Below, piece by piece: positions 30,479 through 41,131 of a DNA stretch of 64,000 bases. Position 1 is the first letter of the stretch. Every line of letters begins with the position of its first letter. A program made the translations under genes and the position numbers. The notes under the pieces are model-generated. The model did not search any database. It was not told the DNA's origin and saw only the letters and a program-made list of their open reading frames with translations. Origin of the DNA: an uncultured Candidatus Rokubacteria bacterium (GTDB taxonomy: Bacteria > Methylomirabilota > Methylomirabilia > Rokubacteriales > DASRDR01); assembly GCA_963708025.1 (NCBI GenBank), contig CAVPSB010000019.1:192001-256000 (forward strand), given 5' to 3'.

Positions 30479-31003
30479 ATGCAGCTCAGTGGCAGGCGGG
30501 TCGCGATCCTGGCCGAGAACCTGTACCAGGAGATGGAGCTCTGGGTGCCGTACTACCGGCTGAAGGAGGAAGGCGCGGAGGTCCACGTGGTCGGCGCCGG
30601 TGGAGCCAAGTCCTACACCTCCAAGCACGGCTACCCGGTCAACGTCGACAAGCAGGCCGAGCAGGTCAACGCGGTGGAATACGACGCCGTGGTCATCCCG
30701 GGCGGCTTCGCCCCCGACATGATGCGGCGGTCGCCGGCGATGGTGAAGCTGGTGCGCGAGGCGCACGAGCACGGCAAGCTGGTGGCGGCCATCTGCCACG
30801 CCGGCTGGATGCCGGCGTCGGCCGGCATCCTGAAGGGCAAGCGGGCGACCAGCTTCTTCTCGATCAAGGACGACATGGCCAACGCCGGCGCCACCTGGGT
30901 CGACGAGGAGGTGGTGGTGGACGGCAACCTGATCACCTCCCGCAAGCCCGACGACCTGCCGGCGTTCTGCCGGGAGATCGTGAAGGCGCTCGCCAAGAAG
31001 TAG
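30479..31003 (+). CDS. PfpI/DJ-1 family type-1 glutamine amidotransferase-like protein
   Basis: YDAVVIPGG, AAICHAG, VVVDGNLITSRKPDDLPAF; AGGAGGT RBS. Confidence 0.95.
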   Translation: MQLSGRRVAILAENLYQEMELWVPYYRLKEEGAEVHVVGAGGAKSYTSKHGYPVNVDKQAEQVNAVEYDAVVIPGGFAPDMMRRSPAMVKLVREAHEHGKLVAAICHAGWMPASAGILKGKRATSFFSIKDDMANAGATWVDEEVVVDGNLITSRKPDDLPAFCREIVKALAKK

Positions 31004-31023
31004 CGTCCCCCGGGACCTGCCGG

Positions 31024-31051
31024 AAGGGAGAGGCCCTCGCCTCTCCCTTTT
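31024..31051. terminator. Intrinsic terminator-like hairpin between convergent genes
   Basis: AAGGGAGAGGC-CCTC-GCCTCTCCCTT followed by TT. Confidence 0.65.
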
Positions 31052-31056
31052 CGCGT

Positions 31057-34000
31057 TCAGCGGCCGGGTTTTGCCGGCGCCGAGAGGGCGCGGAGGCTCG
31101 CCTCGGCGCGGCGGCGGAGCTCGCCGTTCGGCTCGACGGCGACGTAGCGCTGGAGCGCCTCCCGGGCCCGCGCGCCGTCGCGCTCGGCCTCCCAGAGGGC
31201 CGCGATCTCGAGCCAGGCGCGCGCATGGCCAGGGAAGGCGCGGCCCGTCTCCTCCCACGCCGTGATCGCCAGCCGACGCTCCCCCATCCGCTCGAGCAGG
31301 CGCGCCCGCTCCTCGTGCAGCGGGAGGCTCCACGGCATCAAGTCGCGTGCCCGCCGGAGGTCGTGCTCGGCCCAGCGCAGGTGGCCGACCGCGACGCGCA
31401 GGCGGGCCTGGCGCTGGAGGCGCTGGCCCTCGCCCTCGTCGAGCTGGGTGGCCGCCCATCGCTCCAGGCGCGCCTCGGCGGGGCGGCCGAGCCGGTCGAG
31501 CGCGGCCGCGAGGGCGACGCGCCCCCGGGTGTCGTCGCGGCGAGCCAGGGCGGCCCGCAGGAGCGCCTCGGCCCCGGCGGCGTCGCCGAGGGCGAGCTGG
31601 GTGAGCCCCGCGACCAGGGCCGCGCCCGGGTGGTCGGTCGCCAGGCCGGCCAGCCGGGCGGCCGCCTCGCGGTACGCGCCCTGCCGGTAGTCGAGCATGG
31701 CGGCCTGGATCTTCGCCTCCAGATCGCCTCGCGCCTCGGCTCGGCGGAGGAGGGCCCGGGCCTCGGCCAGCTCCCCCCGGGCCTCGAGGCGCGCCGCGAG
31801 GTCGCCAAGCGCGGCCGGATGATCGGGCTCGAGGGCGAGGGCCGCCCGCGCGCGCTGCTCGGCGGCCGCGTCCTGCCCCAGCGCTGCCGCCGCCCGGCCG
31901 GCGACCATGAGGAGGTCGGCCCGCGGCCCCTGGCGAAGCGCCGCGCCGGCGAAGGCGGCCGCCTGGTCGGGGCGGTCCCGTTCGAGGAGCCGCGTGGCCA
32001 GCCGGGTGGCGAAGCCGTCGGGGGCGGTCCGGGTGAGCCCGGTCAGCACCGCGCCGCCGCCGGCGAAGGCCGCCGTGAGCCGCTGGAGGTTCTCGGCGAC
32101 GGCGTTGACGTAGAGGGAGCGGGGCGCGGTGAACTCGAGCCGCGCGTTGTCGTCGGTGTTCAGCTCGGCGCCGCGCGCGAAGCGGGTCACGTCCTCGACG
32201 TCGAGCAGGAGCCACGCGAACAGGTCGGCCGGCTCCCGCAGCCCGACTCGGCCCAGGTCCGCGCGGACGGCGTCCGCCCCCAGGCGGCGCTCGAGGGCGG
32301 CGAAGTCCACCCCGAAGGGCGCCGGGCTACCGATCAGGAGCGTGTCCTGGTTGATCGTCTGGAACACGACCGTGTGCGGGAACACCGCCTGGAAGGTCGC
32401 GACCACGGTGCGGAGGGTCTCGGGCGTGAGCGAGTAGAGCTGGAGCCACTGCCCGAAGACGCCGCCCGGCTGGAGTCGCGCCCGGGCCAGCTCGAAGAAG
32501 TCCCGGGTGAACAGGCTGGCGGCTCCGGTCACCCAGGGGTTGGACGGCTCGGAGACGATGACGTCGAAGCGGTCGGAGGTCAGCAGGAGGAAGTTCCGCG
32601 CGTCGTTGATCACGAGCCGCGTCCGCGGATCGGCGAGCGGGCGGCCGTTCACGTGCTCGAAGAGGCGGGAGGCGGTCACCACCGCCCGCTCCAGCTCGAC
32701 GACGGTGACGCGCCGGAGCGGGTGGCGGAGGGCGGCCCCGACGCTGACCCCGCTGCCCAGGCCGATCACCAGCGCTTCCCCCGGGGCCGGGTGGAAGAGG
32801 AGCGGCAGGTGGCCGAGCAGGACCTGGGTCGGCATGTCGATGCCGCTGGAGGCGTCGGTCTTGCCGTTGACGCGCAGGAAGACGTCGCCGCGGGACTCCT
32901 CGACGGACACCGTGGTGGTCAGGCCCTCCTCGTAGAAGAGGAGCCGGGCCCGCTCCCGCCGCTCCCGGAACTCGTCGCGCGAGAGCCGGTGGTAGCGCTC
33001 CGCGTAGACGGCGACGCCGCTTACCATGGTGAGGGCCGGCCACCGGGGGGCGACCACCGGGACGGCCAGCGCGAGCAGGACGGCCGCGGCGCCGAGGGCC
33101 AGGCGGGGGACCCGGCGGCGGGCGGGGAGCGCGAGGAACAGCGCGAACGCGCAGGCGAGGTCGAGCAGCACCGCGACGAGCAGCGTTCCCCGGATGCCGG
33201 CCGTCGGGAGGAGCACGAAGCCGCCGGCGAAGGAGCCGATGATCGCCCCGACGGTGTTGACGGCGTAGAGGTTGCCCACGCTCCGGCTGGCCACGCCGAC
33301 GACCGGCGCCGTCAGCCGCACGCAGATCGGGAAGACGGCGCCTGAGCCCAGCGCGGGGGCGAGGATCACGGCGGCGCTCAGCAGGAACTGGAGGACGAGG
33401 AGGAGATCGTGGCGACCACCGCTCCATGAGAAGAGCCGGAGGAACAGGTGCGGCAGCTCGGGCAGGAGCCACACGCCGGCCAGGGCGCTGGCGCCGATCC
33501 CGAGCTGGACGACGCCGAGGGCCAGACCCGGCTCGACGAGGCGATCCACGCGGCGCGCGAGGAGGTAGCTGCCCCCGGCCAGCCCCCCCAGGAAGGTCAC
33601 CAGCATGACCGTGAACGCGTAGACGGAGGAGCCGAGCACGAGCGCGAGCGCACGCGTCCAGGCCACCTCGTACACCATCGCGAGCGCGCCCGAGACGGCG
33701 ATCGTCGCGAAGGCGGCGAGGGCTGCCCGGCGGGCGCGCGGGTCGATGGCGTCGGCCGGCTCCGCCGGCGTCTCGCCGCTCCCGGCGCCGGCGGTCGGCG
33801 GCTCGACCAGCCGGCGGCCCACCGCGATCGCGGCCACCCCCACCGCGACGTTGAGGGCCACCGCGACCTGGTTGGTGAGCGTGGTCCCGAGGGCGGGGAG
33901 GAGGGCCAGCCCGGCCGCCGCCGTGCCCAGCACTGCCCCGGCGGTGTTCACGGCATAGAGACGGCCCACCCGCCCACCGAGCTGCGGGAGCCGCGGGGTC

Positions 34001-34485
34001 GCGAACCGGGCCAGGATCGGGAGCGTGGCCCCCATGCACGCCGTCGGGAGCGCGAGCACGAGGACGGCGAGGGCGAAGCGTCCCAGCGACAGGGCCGCGT
34101 ACGACGAGGCCTCGGTCGCTCCCACGAGCTGCAACCCGGGGACGACGCCTCGGAGCAGAAGAGGCAGCGCGAGCGCGTAGGCGCCGATGGCCAGCTCCAG
34201 GAGACCGTAGGCGCGGAGCGGTCGGGTGACGGCGGCCGCCCACCGCCCGGCCAGCCAGCTGCCGAGGGCGAGCCCGGCCATGTAGGCGGTGAGGATCGTG
34301 CTGACCGCGAGCGTCGTGGCTCCGAAGAGGTGAACGAGCCACCGGAGCCACACCACTTCGTAGACGAGCGCGCTCGCGCCGGAGGCGAAGAAGCAGAGGA
34401 AGAGCAGCCGGTCGACGCGGGTCAGCGCCGGGAGGCGGCGGCCCGGCTCACGACCGTCGACGCTCGAGGAGGGATCGCTGCTCAC
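31057..34485 (-). CDS. Fused MFS-like membrane domain / spermidine synthase-like domain with C-terminal TPR repeats
   Basis: SGASALVYEVVW, YAVNTAGA, VIGLGSG, VVELE, NDARNF, FDVIVSEPSNPW, NTDDN; helical repeat tail. Confidence 0.9.
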   Translation of the reverse strand: MSSDPSSSVDGREPGRRLPALTRVDRLLFLCFFASGASALVYEVVWLRWLVHLFGATTLAVSTILTAYMAGLALGSWLAGRWAAAVTRPLRAYGLLELAIGAYALALPLLLRGVVPGLQLVGATEASSYAALSLGRFALAVLVLALPTACMGATLPILARFATPRLPQLGGRVGRLYAVNTAGAVLGTAAAGLALLPALGTTLTNQVAVALNVAVGVAAIAVGRRLVEPPTAGAGSGETPAEPADAIDPRARRAALAAFATIAVSGALAMVYEVAWTRALALVLGSSVYAFTVMLVTFLGGLAGGSYLLARRVDRLVEPGLALGVVQLGIGASALAGVWLLPELPHLFLRLFSWSGGRHDLLLVLQFLLSAAVILAPALGSGAVFPICVRLTAPVVGVASRSVGNLYAVNTVGAIIGSFAGGFVLLPTAGIRGTLLVAVLLDLACAFALFLALPARRRVPRLALGAAAVLLALAVPVVAPRWPALTMVSGVAVYAERYHRLSRDEFRERRERARLLFYEEGLTTTVSVEESRGDVFLRVNGKTDASSGIDMPTQVLLGHLPLLFHPAPGEALVIGLGSGVSVGAALRHPLRRVTVVELERAVVTASRLFEHVNGRPLADPRTRLVINDARNFLLLTSDRFDVIVSEPSNPWVTGAASLFTRDFFELARARLQPGGVFGQWLQLYSLTPETLRTVVATFQAVFPHTVVFQTINQDTLLIGSPAPFGVDFAALERRLGADAVRADLGRVGLREPADLFAWLLLDVEDVTRFARGAELNTDDNARLEFTAPRSLYVNAVAENLQRLTAAFAGGGAVLTGLTRTAPDGFATRLATRLLERDRPDQAAAFAGAALRQGPRADLLMVAGRAAAALGQDAAAEQRARAALALEPDHPAALGDLAARLEARGELAEARALLRRAEARGDLEAKIQAAMLDYRQGAYREAAARLAGLATDHPGAALVAGLTQLALGDAAGAEALLRAALARRDDTRGRVALAAALDRLGRPAEARLERWAATQLDEGEGQRLQRQARLRVAVGHLRWAEHDLRRARDLMPWSLPLHEERARLLERMGERRLAITAWEETGRAFPGHARAWLEIAALWEAERDGARAREALQRYVAVEPNGELRRRAEASLRALSAPAKPGR

Positions 34486-34533
34486 CGCCGCTCTTCCCGG
34501 GGGAGGTCCGGGCGGCCCCAGCCCGCTGCGGCC

Positions 34534-35486
34534 TCAGTAGCCCCGGCGCAGGTCTGAACTCGCCCGCGCAACGGCCGCCCCTGGAGAAAGCGCTGGAGGT
34601 TCTCGTTGAAGATCGGCGCGATCTCGGCCGGGTCGCTCGGCCCCGAGATGTGGGGCGTGACGATGACGTTGGGCAGCTCCCAGAACGGATGGGTGGGAGG
34701 CAGGGGCTCCTCGGGGAAGACGTCGAGCACCGCCCCGGCGATCCATCGCTCGCGCAGCGCCCGCACGAAGGCGTCCTCCTGGATCAGCGCGCCACGCCCG
34801 ATGTTGACGAGCCAGGCCCCCGGGCGCATCGCCCGCAGCTCCGCCTCCCCGATCATGCCGCGGGTCTCCGGCGTGAGGGGCGCCACTAGCACGACGAAGT
34901 CGGCCGCCCGCAGCAGGTCCCGGACCGCGGCCCGTCGGTAGATCCGCTCGACCTCCGGCACCCGCCGCCCGCTGCGATTCATGCCGATGGCCCGCATGTC
35001 GAAGGCGCGACCGACCCGCGCGATCCTCCGCCCGATCGAGCCGAGCCCGATCACCCCGAGCGTGCGACCACGGAGCAGGGTCGGCCACATCGGCTCCCAC
35101 CGCTGCGCCCGCTGGGCGGCGCGCAGCGGCTCCAGGTGCTGCGTCCCCCACAGGAGCCAGGCGAAGGTGTACTCCGTCATCCAGGGGCTGAAGACACCCT
35201 CGGCGCGCGTCAGGATGACCCGGGGAGGAAAGGGGGCGTCGAGGAACCGGTCCACGCCGGCGCCCATGACCTGTACCCACCGGAGCCGTCGCGCGCCGGG
35301 AAGGAGCTGACTGGGAAAGCCCCACGTGAAGAGCACGTCCATCTCCTCGATGTAGGGCAGCGCCTCGGCGGGGGAGGAGGCGACGCGGATCCGGACACGA
35401 CCGCGGGGCGCGCGGATCAGCCGCGCATAGGTCTGGGCCTCGTCCGGGTGATACACCAGGACGGACACCGGACCCTGGAACGACAT
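34534..35486 (-). CDS. D-2-hydroxyacid dehydrogenase; probable frameshift near 34556 restores the ending (V)DLRRGY*
   Basis: GAGVD, GVIGLGSIG, LVNIGRG, AVLDVFPEEPL, VTPHISG. Confidence 0.92.
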
Positions 35487-35493
35487 GGGACGC

Positions 35494-35503
35494 AATATAA
35501 CAC
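35494..35503 (-). promoter_or_regulatory. Extended -10 element, probable leaderless start
   Basis: Minus strand TG-T-TATATT ending 7 nt before ATG 35486; no SD. Confidence 0.45.
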
Positions 35504-35647
35504 AAGGGTGCGCCGAAAAAGGAATTTACCGATCGTTACGGCGTCCTGAGCCTCTGATGTCGCGGGTGCACCGTGCCGGCGGGCGGCTCCGGCGTCGGCA
35601 CCGCGCTTGCGTCGGAGGCCTTCTGCCCCCCGAAAAACTAGGAGCCG

Positions 35648-35800
35648 TGTCGGAGTATCGGCGGGTCTGCGGTGTGGCGTGCTCGGCCCGGAGCAGCGTC
35701 CGAGCGCCCACCCACGCGGAGGCGCTACGCGCCTCTGGCGGGGGTACCCGGCCGGCGCAACCGAGGGGGAGAATCGGGGGGGTCTTCCGAGACCCCCCGA
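35648..35800 (+). repeat. ~155-bp structured repeat, family C (copy 1)
   Basis: Shares TGTCGGAGTATCG, CGAGCGCCCACCCACGCGGAGGCGC and GGGTACCCGGCCGGCGCAACCGAGGGGG plus a terminal hairpin with 46481-46634. Confidence 0.85.
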
Positions 35801-35811
35801 GGAACAGGAAC

Positions 35812-36225
35812 TTAGCGCGGCAGCGTGACGCCGCCGGCGACCGCGCGGCGGCCCGCATCGTTGACGGTGACGGCGCGCGTGGTGATGTCGCGGCGGAGGG
35901 CCGTCAGGCGGGCGCGGAGCGCTTCGGCTTCCTCCCGCGTCTTCTTGCGCTCGGCGCTGTCGGTGGAGCGGTTGTGGGCGTCGACGAGCTGGTCGTGCTT
36001 CTCGAGGGTGATGTGGTAGTCGTAGAGAGACTGATTGTAGCGCTGGATCGCTTCGTTGTAGGAGCGCTTGAGGCCCACGGCCTGGGCTGTGTCGTTGCCG
36101 GTGAACTCCGCGTAGGGCAGGTAGTTGGGCTTGGCGGGCTGGGCGCCCGCCGTCGCCGCGAAGGCCAGGGCGAGCGCGGTGAGAACGCCCGCCGCCTCGC
36201 GGCCGAGCGCCGGGACGGACCTCAC
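35812..36225 (-). CDS. Hypothetical exported coiled-coil protein
   Basis: GTG overlapping the upstream stop; signal-like AAGVLTALALAFAATAGA; helical charged body. Confidence 0.65.
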   Translation of the reverse strand: MRSVPALGREAAGVLTALALAFAATAGAQPAKPNYLPYAEFTGNDTAQAVGLKRSYNEAIQRYNQSLYDYHITLEKHDQLVDAHNRSTDSAERKKTREEAEALRARLTALRRDITTRAVTVNDAGRRAVAGGVTLPR

Positions 36226-36467
36226 CCGATCGCGACCGCCAAGCACGTGGTCGTGCGGGTCACTCCGTCGATGGCCCCGATCCCGTCGGTGACCAGCTGC
36301 CCGATGTCGTCGAGCGTCGGCCCCTCGACCACGGCGATGTAGTCGAAGGGACCGGTGACGGCGTCGAGGGACTCCACCCGGCACTTCCCGGGCTTCACCT
36401 TGGTCAGGGCCTTCTTCACGGCCTTGGTCTTCCCGGCGCTAGTCTCGACGAGCACATAGGCCTTCAT
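36222..36467 (-). CDS. Stand-alone Lrp/AsnC ligand-binding domain protein
   Basis: MKAYVLV, VTGPFDYIAVVE, IDGVTRTTT; GGAGGT RBS. Confidence 0.9.
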   Translation of the reverse strand: MKAYVLVETSAGKTKAVKKALTKVKPGKCRVESLDAVTGPFDYIAVVEGPTLDDIGQLVTDGIGAIDGVTRTTTCLAVAIG

Positions 36468-36501
36468 TCCGGCACCTCCATCGCGCCCGGCGCGCCCCGC
36501 C

Positions 36502-36531
36502 ATTACAGCGTGGCGGCTCCAGGGCTGTCAA
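36502..36531 (-). promoter_or_regulatory. Putative sigma70 promoter for the Lrp-domain gene
   Basis: Minus strand TTGACA-N18-TGTAAT. Confidence 0.4.
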
Positions 36532-36553
36532 GCCTCGGTGCGTGTGTACGGAA

Positions 36554-38026
36554 TCATCCTCCGGCTCCCCCTCCCCCCCGCCAAAGGCCGAAGGCCGTCA
36601 AATGGTGGGGGAGGGGGGCTGGGGGCGGGCGGGAGGTGTGGAGCTGGCGACCGGTCGGGGCGCGCAGGAGCGACCCCAGACGGCGGAGGTCCGGCGCCCG
36701 CTCGATCCGGTTGACCAGGCGGGCGATGGCCGCGGCGCGGGCGGCGGGGACGGCGCCGGCGGCGAGGTCCCGGTACTTGGCGCGAACCTCCTCGGGCGTC
36801 AGCGGGCTCTCGGGCGTTCCCCTGGCGGCCTCGACGCGCCGGGCGAGCCGGCGGCCATCGCGGGTCACGAGCTCGACCACCGAGGTGTACCGCGCGGGGT
36901 ACCCGGCATCCAGCGCCGGGTCGTGGACGAGCCGCATCCCGGCGCCGAGGCGCGCCACCTCGGGGTGCCGGGCGCGGTCGAAGAGGATGTCGTCGATCAG
37001 CACCCGGCCGAAGACGAGGCCGACGGGCAGGATGTACTGCGCGTTGTGCGACTTGAGGGGGTTGTCGTCGATCATGTGGGCGCCGTTCCGCGGAAACCGG
37101 AGAACGATCTGCTCGACGTCGGCCGCGGTGAGCTTCTCGTCCGCCGCCAGACCCAGCAGCGCATCCAGGCCCGGGTGCGTGAAGGCGCAGGACGAGTAGC
37201 GCTTGTAGGCGAGCTCGGGCAAGTAGAAGCGGCGACCCCAGTCGGCGAGGAGGGCGTCGGGGTGCCCGGCACCCGAGAACGCCGTGAAGGCGTCGTACTT
37301 GCCCTCGAAGGGCGCCGGCGGGCCGCCGAAGCGCAGGTGGGCGAGGTACGCCGCGGTGACGCCGTTCCGGGCGGCAAGGCCGCAATTGAGCGGCCGCGAG
37401 TGTTCGGTGGGGTCATCGGCCCACGCCAGGAGCCCGCACGCCTGCTGCATGGCCAGCCCGAGGGCGACCGCCTGGCGCTGGGGCCGGAGCCGGAAGAGGA
37501 AGCCGGCGGCGGCGGCCGCGCCGAAGGCGCCGGCGATCGCGCTCGGATGGAAGCCGCGATTGTAGAGCGCGACCGGGTCGAGCGCGTACGAGACCCGGCA
37601 GGCCACCTCGATCCCGAGCACGACGGCGGCCAGGAATCGCCGGCCGTCGGCCGATTCCTTCTCCCCGACGGCGAGGCTGGCGGGGACCACCACGGCGGGC
37701 GCGTGGAGGATCGCGCCCGCGTGGTACGGCTCGATGTCGCAGTAGTAGCCCAGGGTGCCGTTGGCCAGGGCCGCGTTCACGCACGACGTGCGCCGGCCCT
37801 GCCCGACCAGCGTGGACTCCGGCGTTCCGCCCAGCCGGCGGACGAAGTCCATGACGAGCCGGCTGGCCGGGTAGCGTGGCGCCGAGGCGACCAGCATGGC
37901 GCCGAGCGTGTCTAGGAGCACCCGGCGGGCGGCGTCCACGACCTCGCGGGGGACGTCGCGGAGCTGGAAGGCGGCGATTCGTTCGGCGAATGAATGGGAG
38001 ACCGACGCGGCCGATCGGGACGCCAT
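36554..38026 (-). CDS. MmgE/PrpD family protein with a repeat-derived C-terminal tail
   Basis: LLDTLGAM, AALANG, RGFHPS, AARNGV, YKRYSSCAFTH, RGTPESPL. Confidence 0.9.
   Translation of the reverse strand: MASRSAASVSHSFAERIAAFQLRDVPREVVDAARRVLLDTLGAMLVASAPRYPASRLVMDFVRRLGGTPESTLVGQGRRTSCVNAALANGTLGYYCDIEPYHAGAILHAPAVVVPASLAVGEKESADGRRFLAAVVLGIEVACRVSYALDPVALYNRGFHPSAIAGAFGAAAAAGFLFRLRPQRQAVALGLAMQQACGLLAWADDPTEHSRPLNCGLAARNGVTAAYLAHLRFGGPPAPFEGKYDAFTAFSGAGHPDALLADWGRRFYLPELAYKRYSSCAFTHPGLDALLGLAADEKLTAADVEQIVLRFPRNGAHMIDDNPLKSHNAQYILPVGLVFGRVLIDDILFDRARHPEVARLGAGMRLVHDPALDAGYPARYTSVVELVTRDGRRLARRVEAARGTPESPLTPEEVRAKYRDLAAGAVPAARAAAIARLVNRIERAPDLRRLGSLLRAPTGRQLHTSRPPPAPLPHHLTAFGLWRGGGGAGG
36558..36637 (+). 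repeat. Family B repeat with an internal GGCC-GAA-GGCC hairpin
   Basis: CCTCCGGCTCCCCCTCCCCCCC..GGTGGGGGAGGGGGGCTGGGGGCGGGCGGGAGGT. Confidence 0.8.
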
Positions 38027-38043
38027 GGCTGACGACGAAGGCC

Positions 38044-38072
38044 AGCCTAGCGATCGCCGCCGGCCCCGTCAA
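38044..38072 (-). promoter_or_regulatory. sigma70 promoter for the MmgE/PrpD gene (divergent TACAAT at 38080-38085 for the helicase)
   Basis: Minus strand TTGACG-N17-TAGGCT. Confidence 0.45.
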
Positions 38073-38122
38073 GCGGGTGTACAATCGGAGCGGGAGGCGA
38101 TCGCTCCAAACCCGGTGACCAG

Positions 38123-40830
38123 TTGACCTACCAGCCACCGCCGCTCGTCCAGGCGGCGCTCGACCAAGGGCGCATCGGGCCGGACGCCCTCGACCTCTAC
38201 CGCAGCTTCGAACGGCGCTACGCGTTCCCTCTCGACGACTTCCAGGTCCGCGCGATCCTGGCGATCCTCGAGGGCTCCTCGGTGATCGTGTCGGCGCCCA
38301 CCGGCGCCGGCAAGACGCTGATCGCCGAGTTCGCGATCCACGAGGCCCTCCTCCGCAAGAAGCGGATCGCCTACACCACGCCGCTGAAGGCGCTCTCCAA
38401 CCAGAAGTACGGCGACTTCTGCCGCCAGTTCGGCGTAGCCGAGGTCGGCATCCTCACCGGCGACGTGAAGGTGAATCCGCGGGCCCCGATCGTCGTGATG
38501 ACCACCGAGATCCTGCGCAACATGTTCTACACCGGCACCCTCGAGGGGCTGGCCCACGTGGTCCTCGACGAGTGCCACTACATGGGGGACGAGGGCCGCG
38601 GCACGGTGTGGGAGGAGATCATCGTCAACGCGCCGAAGGACGTCACGCTGGTGGCGCTGTCGGCGACGGTGGCGAACGTCGAGCAGATCGCCGAGTGGAT
38701 CAGCCTCGTCCACCGGCCGATCGTGCCGATCCTGCATCCCCACCGGCCGGTGCCGCTCCAGTACCTGGTGGCCGATCTCGCGGCCGAGCTCCACCCGCTG
38801 GAGGCCGTGCGCACCGGGACGGCGCGGCTGGTCGGCGGTTTGGACGGGGGCGACGGGGACCGCCGCGGCCGCTTCTACGCCCGGCGGGTCGCCTCGGTCA
38901 CCGCGATGATCGAGGAGCTGGAGGCGCGGAAGTGGCTGCCGGCGATCTACTTCATCTTCAGCCGGGTGGGTTGCGAGCGGGCGCTGGAGGACGTCCTGGC
39001 GGACGGCCGGCCGCTCCTGGACCGCGCCCAGCGGCGGGAGGTGGAGCAGGCCATCGGCGAGGCGGTGGCGGAGAATCCGGTGCTGGGCGCCTCGGCGCTG
39101 AACCAGACGATCTTCCAGGCGATGGCCCTCGGCGTCGGCGTGCATCACGCCGGCATCCTGCCGAGTCTCAAGCGGCTGACCGAGGTGCTCTTCGAGCGCG
39201 GGCTGGTCCGGGTCGTCTTCGCCACCGAGACGATGAGCCTGGGGATCCACATGCCGGCCCGGAGCGTCGTGCTCCAGGGGCTCACCAAGCGCACCGATCG
39301 CGGTTTCCGTCTGCTCAGTCACAACGAGCTGACCCAGATGGCCGGGCGGGCCGGGCGCCGGGGGATCGACCCCGAGGGCAAGTGCATCATCGCGCTGGAC
39401 GCGCGCGACAGCCTCACCGACGTGCTGGCGGTCGTCGGCGGCCCGCCGGAGCCGATCGAGAGCCAGTTCCGGCTCGGCTACGGCTCGGTGGCGCTCCTGC
39501 TCGAGGTGGTCCGGGACCAGCAGGCGATCCGGCGCATCGTCGAGTCGTCCTTCGGCCAGTTCCAGAACCTGCGGCAGATCCGGCGTCTGGAAGCGGAGGT
39601 CGCGGAGACGGAGCGCGCGCTGGCCGAGGCCGAGCGCTACGCCGCCCCCTGCGGGGACTTCGGCCGCATCGGCCGCTACCGGGCGCTGCAGGCCGAGGTC
39701 GAGGCGCGACGGCGGGCTCTCGGGGCCCGGAGCCGCGCGGTGCGAACCCGGGCCTCGGTGGAGGAGGTGGAGTCGGGCCGGGTCGTCCTCCTCCGCCAGC
39801 GGGGGGGAGCGGCCTCGGCGTGGTGGTCGGGATCCACCGGCTCCGCGGGAGCCGCGTCCTGTTCGACACGCTCCTGCCGCACGGCTCGCTGATCCGGGCC
39901 AAGCCGGGGAACATCAAGCGCGTGTTCTGGGCGACCCCCCCGCTGCTCCTGCCGCCGGCGATCAAGGGCCTCGCCGCCCACCACAAAGGCTTCGGACACG
40001 ACTTCCGGGAGACGCTGGCCCGGGAGGGCGGGGCCCTGCTGGCTCGGCTCCGGGACCTCGACGTGGCGAGCCTGCTCGAGCGCGAGCGGGGCGACGCGCC
40101 CGAGGACGCCCTGGAGCGGATCGAGTGCCATGCCTGCCCGTGGGAGGCGCGTCCCCGCTGCGACCCGGCCTGGCGGCAGATCGAGAGGCTTCGGACGCGG
40201 CTCGAGCAGCGCCAGACGGCGCTGGCCGCCATCCGGAACGCGCTGTGGCAGGAGGTCCTGCGCGTCCTGGAGGTCCTCGACGCCTTCGACGCCGTCCAGA
40301 AGGGCGAGCTGCGCCCGAAGGGCCGGCTGGTGGCGGCGCTCCGCCACGATCACGAGCTGCTCGTCGCCGAGTGCGTCTTCCGCGGCATCTTCGACGAGGC
40401 GACGCCGGCCGAGGTCGCCGCGCTGGCCTCGTGTCTGACCGAGGAGGCGCGGTCGGGCGAGGAGGCGCCTTCGCGCGTCTTTCTGAAGCAGCGGCCGAAG
40501 CTCCGGCGGCGCATCCGCCAGATGGAAGAAGCCGCGGCTGCCATCTTCGCCGTCCAGCGCCGGGTCGGGCTCTTCCGTCCGGTCGGCGTGCAGCCCGGCT
40601 TCGTGGCGGCCGTCCACCGGTGGGCGTCCGGGGACGACGACTGGCCGCGGATCGTCACCGAGTCCTTCGGCGGCCACGAGGGGGATCTCATCCGCGCCAT
40701 GCGGCGGCTGATCGACGTGCTCCGGCAGCTTGCCGAGGCGCCCGAGGTGCCGGCCGCCGTCGCCGGGGGCGCCCGGGCCGCCGCCCGGACGCTCGACCGG
40801 GGCATCGTCCTCGAGTCCGCCCTCATCTGA
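38123..40830 (+). CDS. helY: HelY/Ski2-like DEAD/DEAH-box RNA helicase; frameshift in a G run near 39805
   Basis: APTGAGKT, PLKALSNQKY, DECH, LSAT, HHAG, QMAGRAGRRGID, CHACP, EGDLIRAMRRLIDVLRQ. Confidence 0.9.
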
Positions 40831-40833
40831 GCA

Positions 40834-41131
40834 GGGGTCAGGCCTTTCATTCTTGTCAATTCACCCCGATCGGCGATTGCCGGAGACCGATCGCCATACT
40901 CGGACCGCTCGGACAGCGACGTTTGGGGGATCGCATGCGTTCGAATGACGGCCACCCACGGGGCGTTGACATCCACCCGTGGAGCGAGCTTGGCGCGGCG
41001 CCAGACCTGGGGCTCGCGTGGTCGCGATCATTCGACGAATCGCCGATCGGGGTTCACCCCCTTGCCGGGCCGGGCGGGGCCGTGGCGGGGCCGTGAATGT
41101 TAAGAATGTTAAGAATGAAAGGCCTGACCCC
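40834..41131. mobile_element. 298-bp MITE/REPIN-like element with 21-bp perfect terminal inverted repeats, family A long form
   Basis: GGGGTCAGGCCTTTCATTCTT ... AAGAATGAAAGGCCTGACCCC; nested internal inverted repeats; no transposase. Confidence 0.75.

Noticed and set aside
30397-33345. Long Arg/Gly/Pro-rich ORFs (also 47386..50403, 47670..50603, 7723..10134 and others)
   Set aside because: These are antisense or off-frame shadows of real genes, expected at this GC content, and carry no recognisable motifs.
34482-34560. Extended C-terminus of the hydroxyacid dehydrogenase overlapping the next gene
   Set aside because: The family-typical ending DLRRGY* lies in another frame at 34534, so a sequencing indel is more likely.
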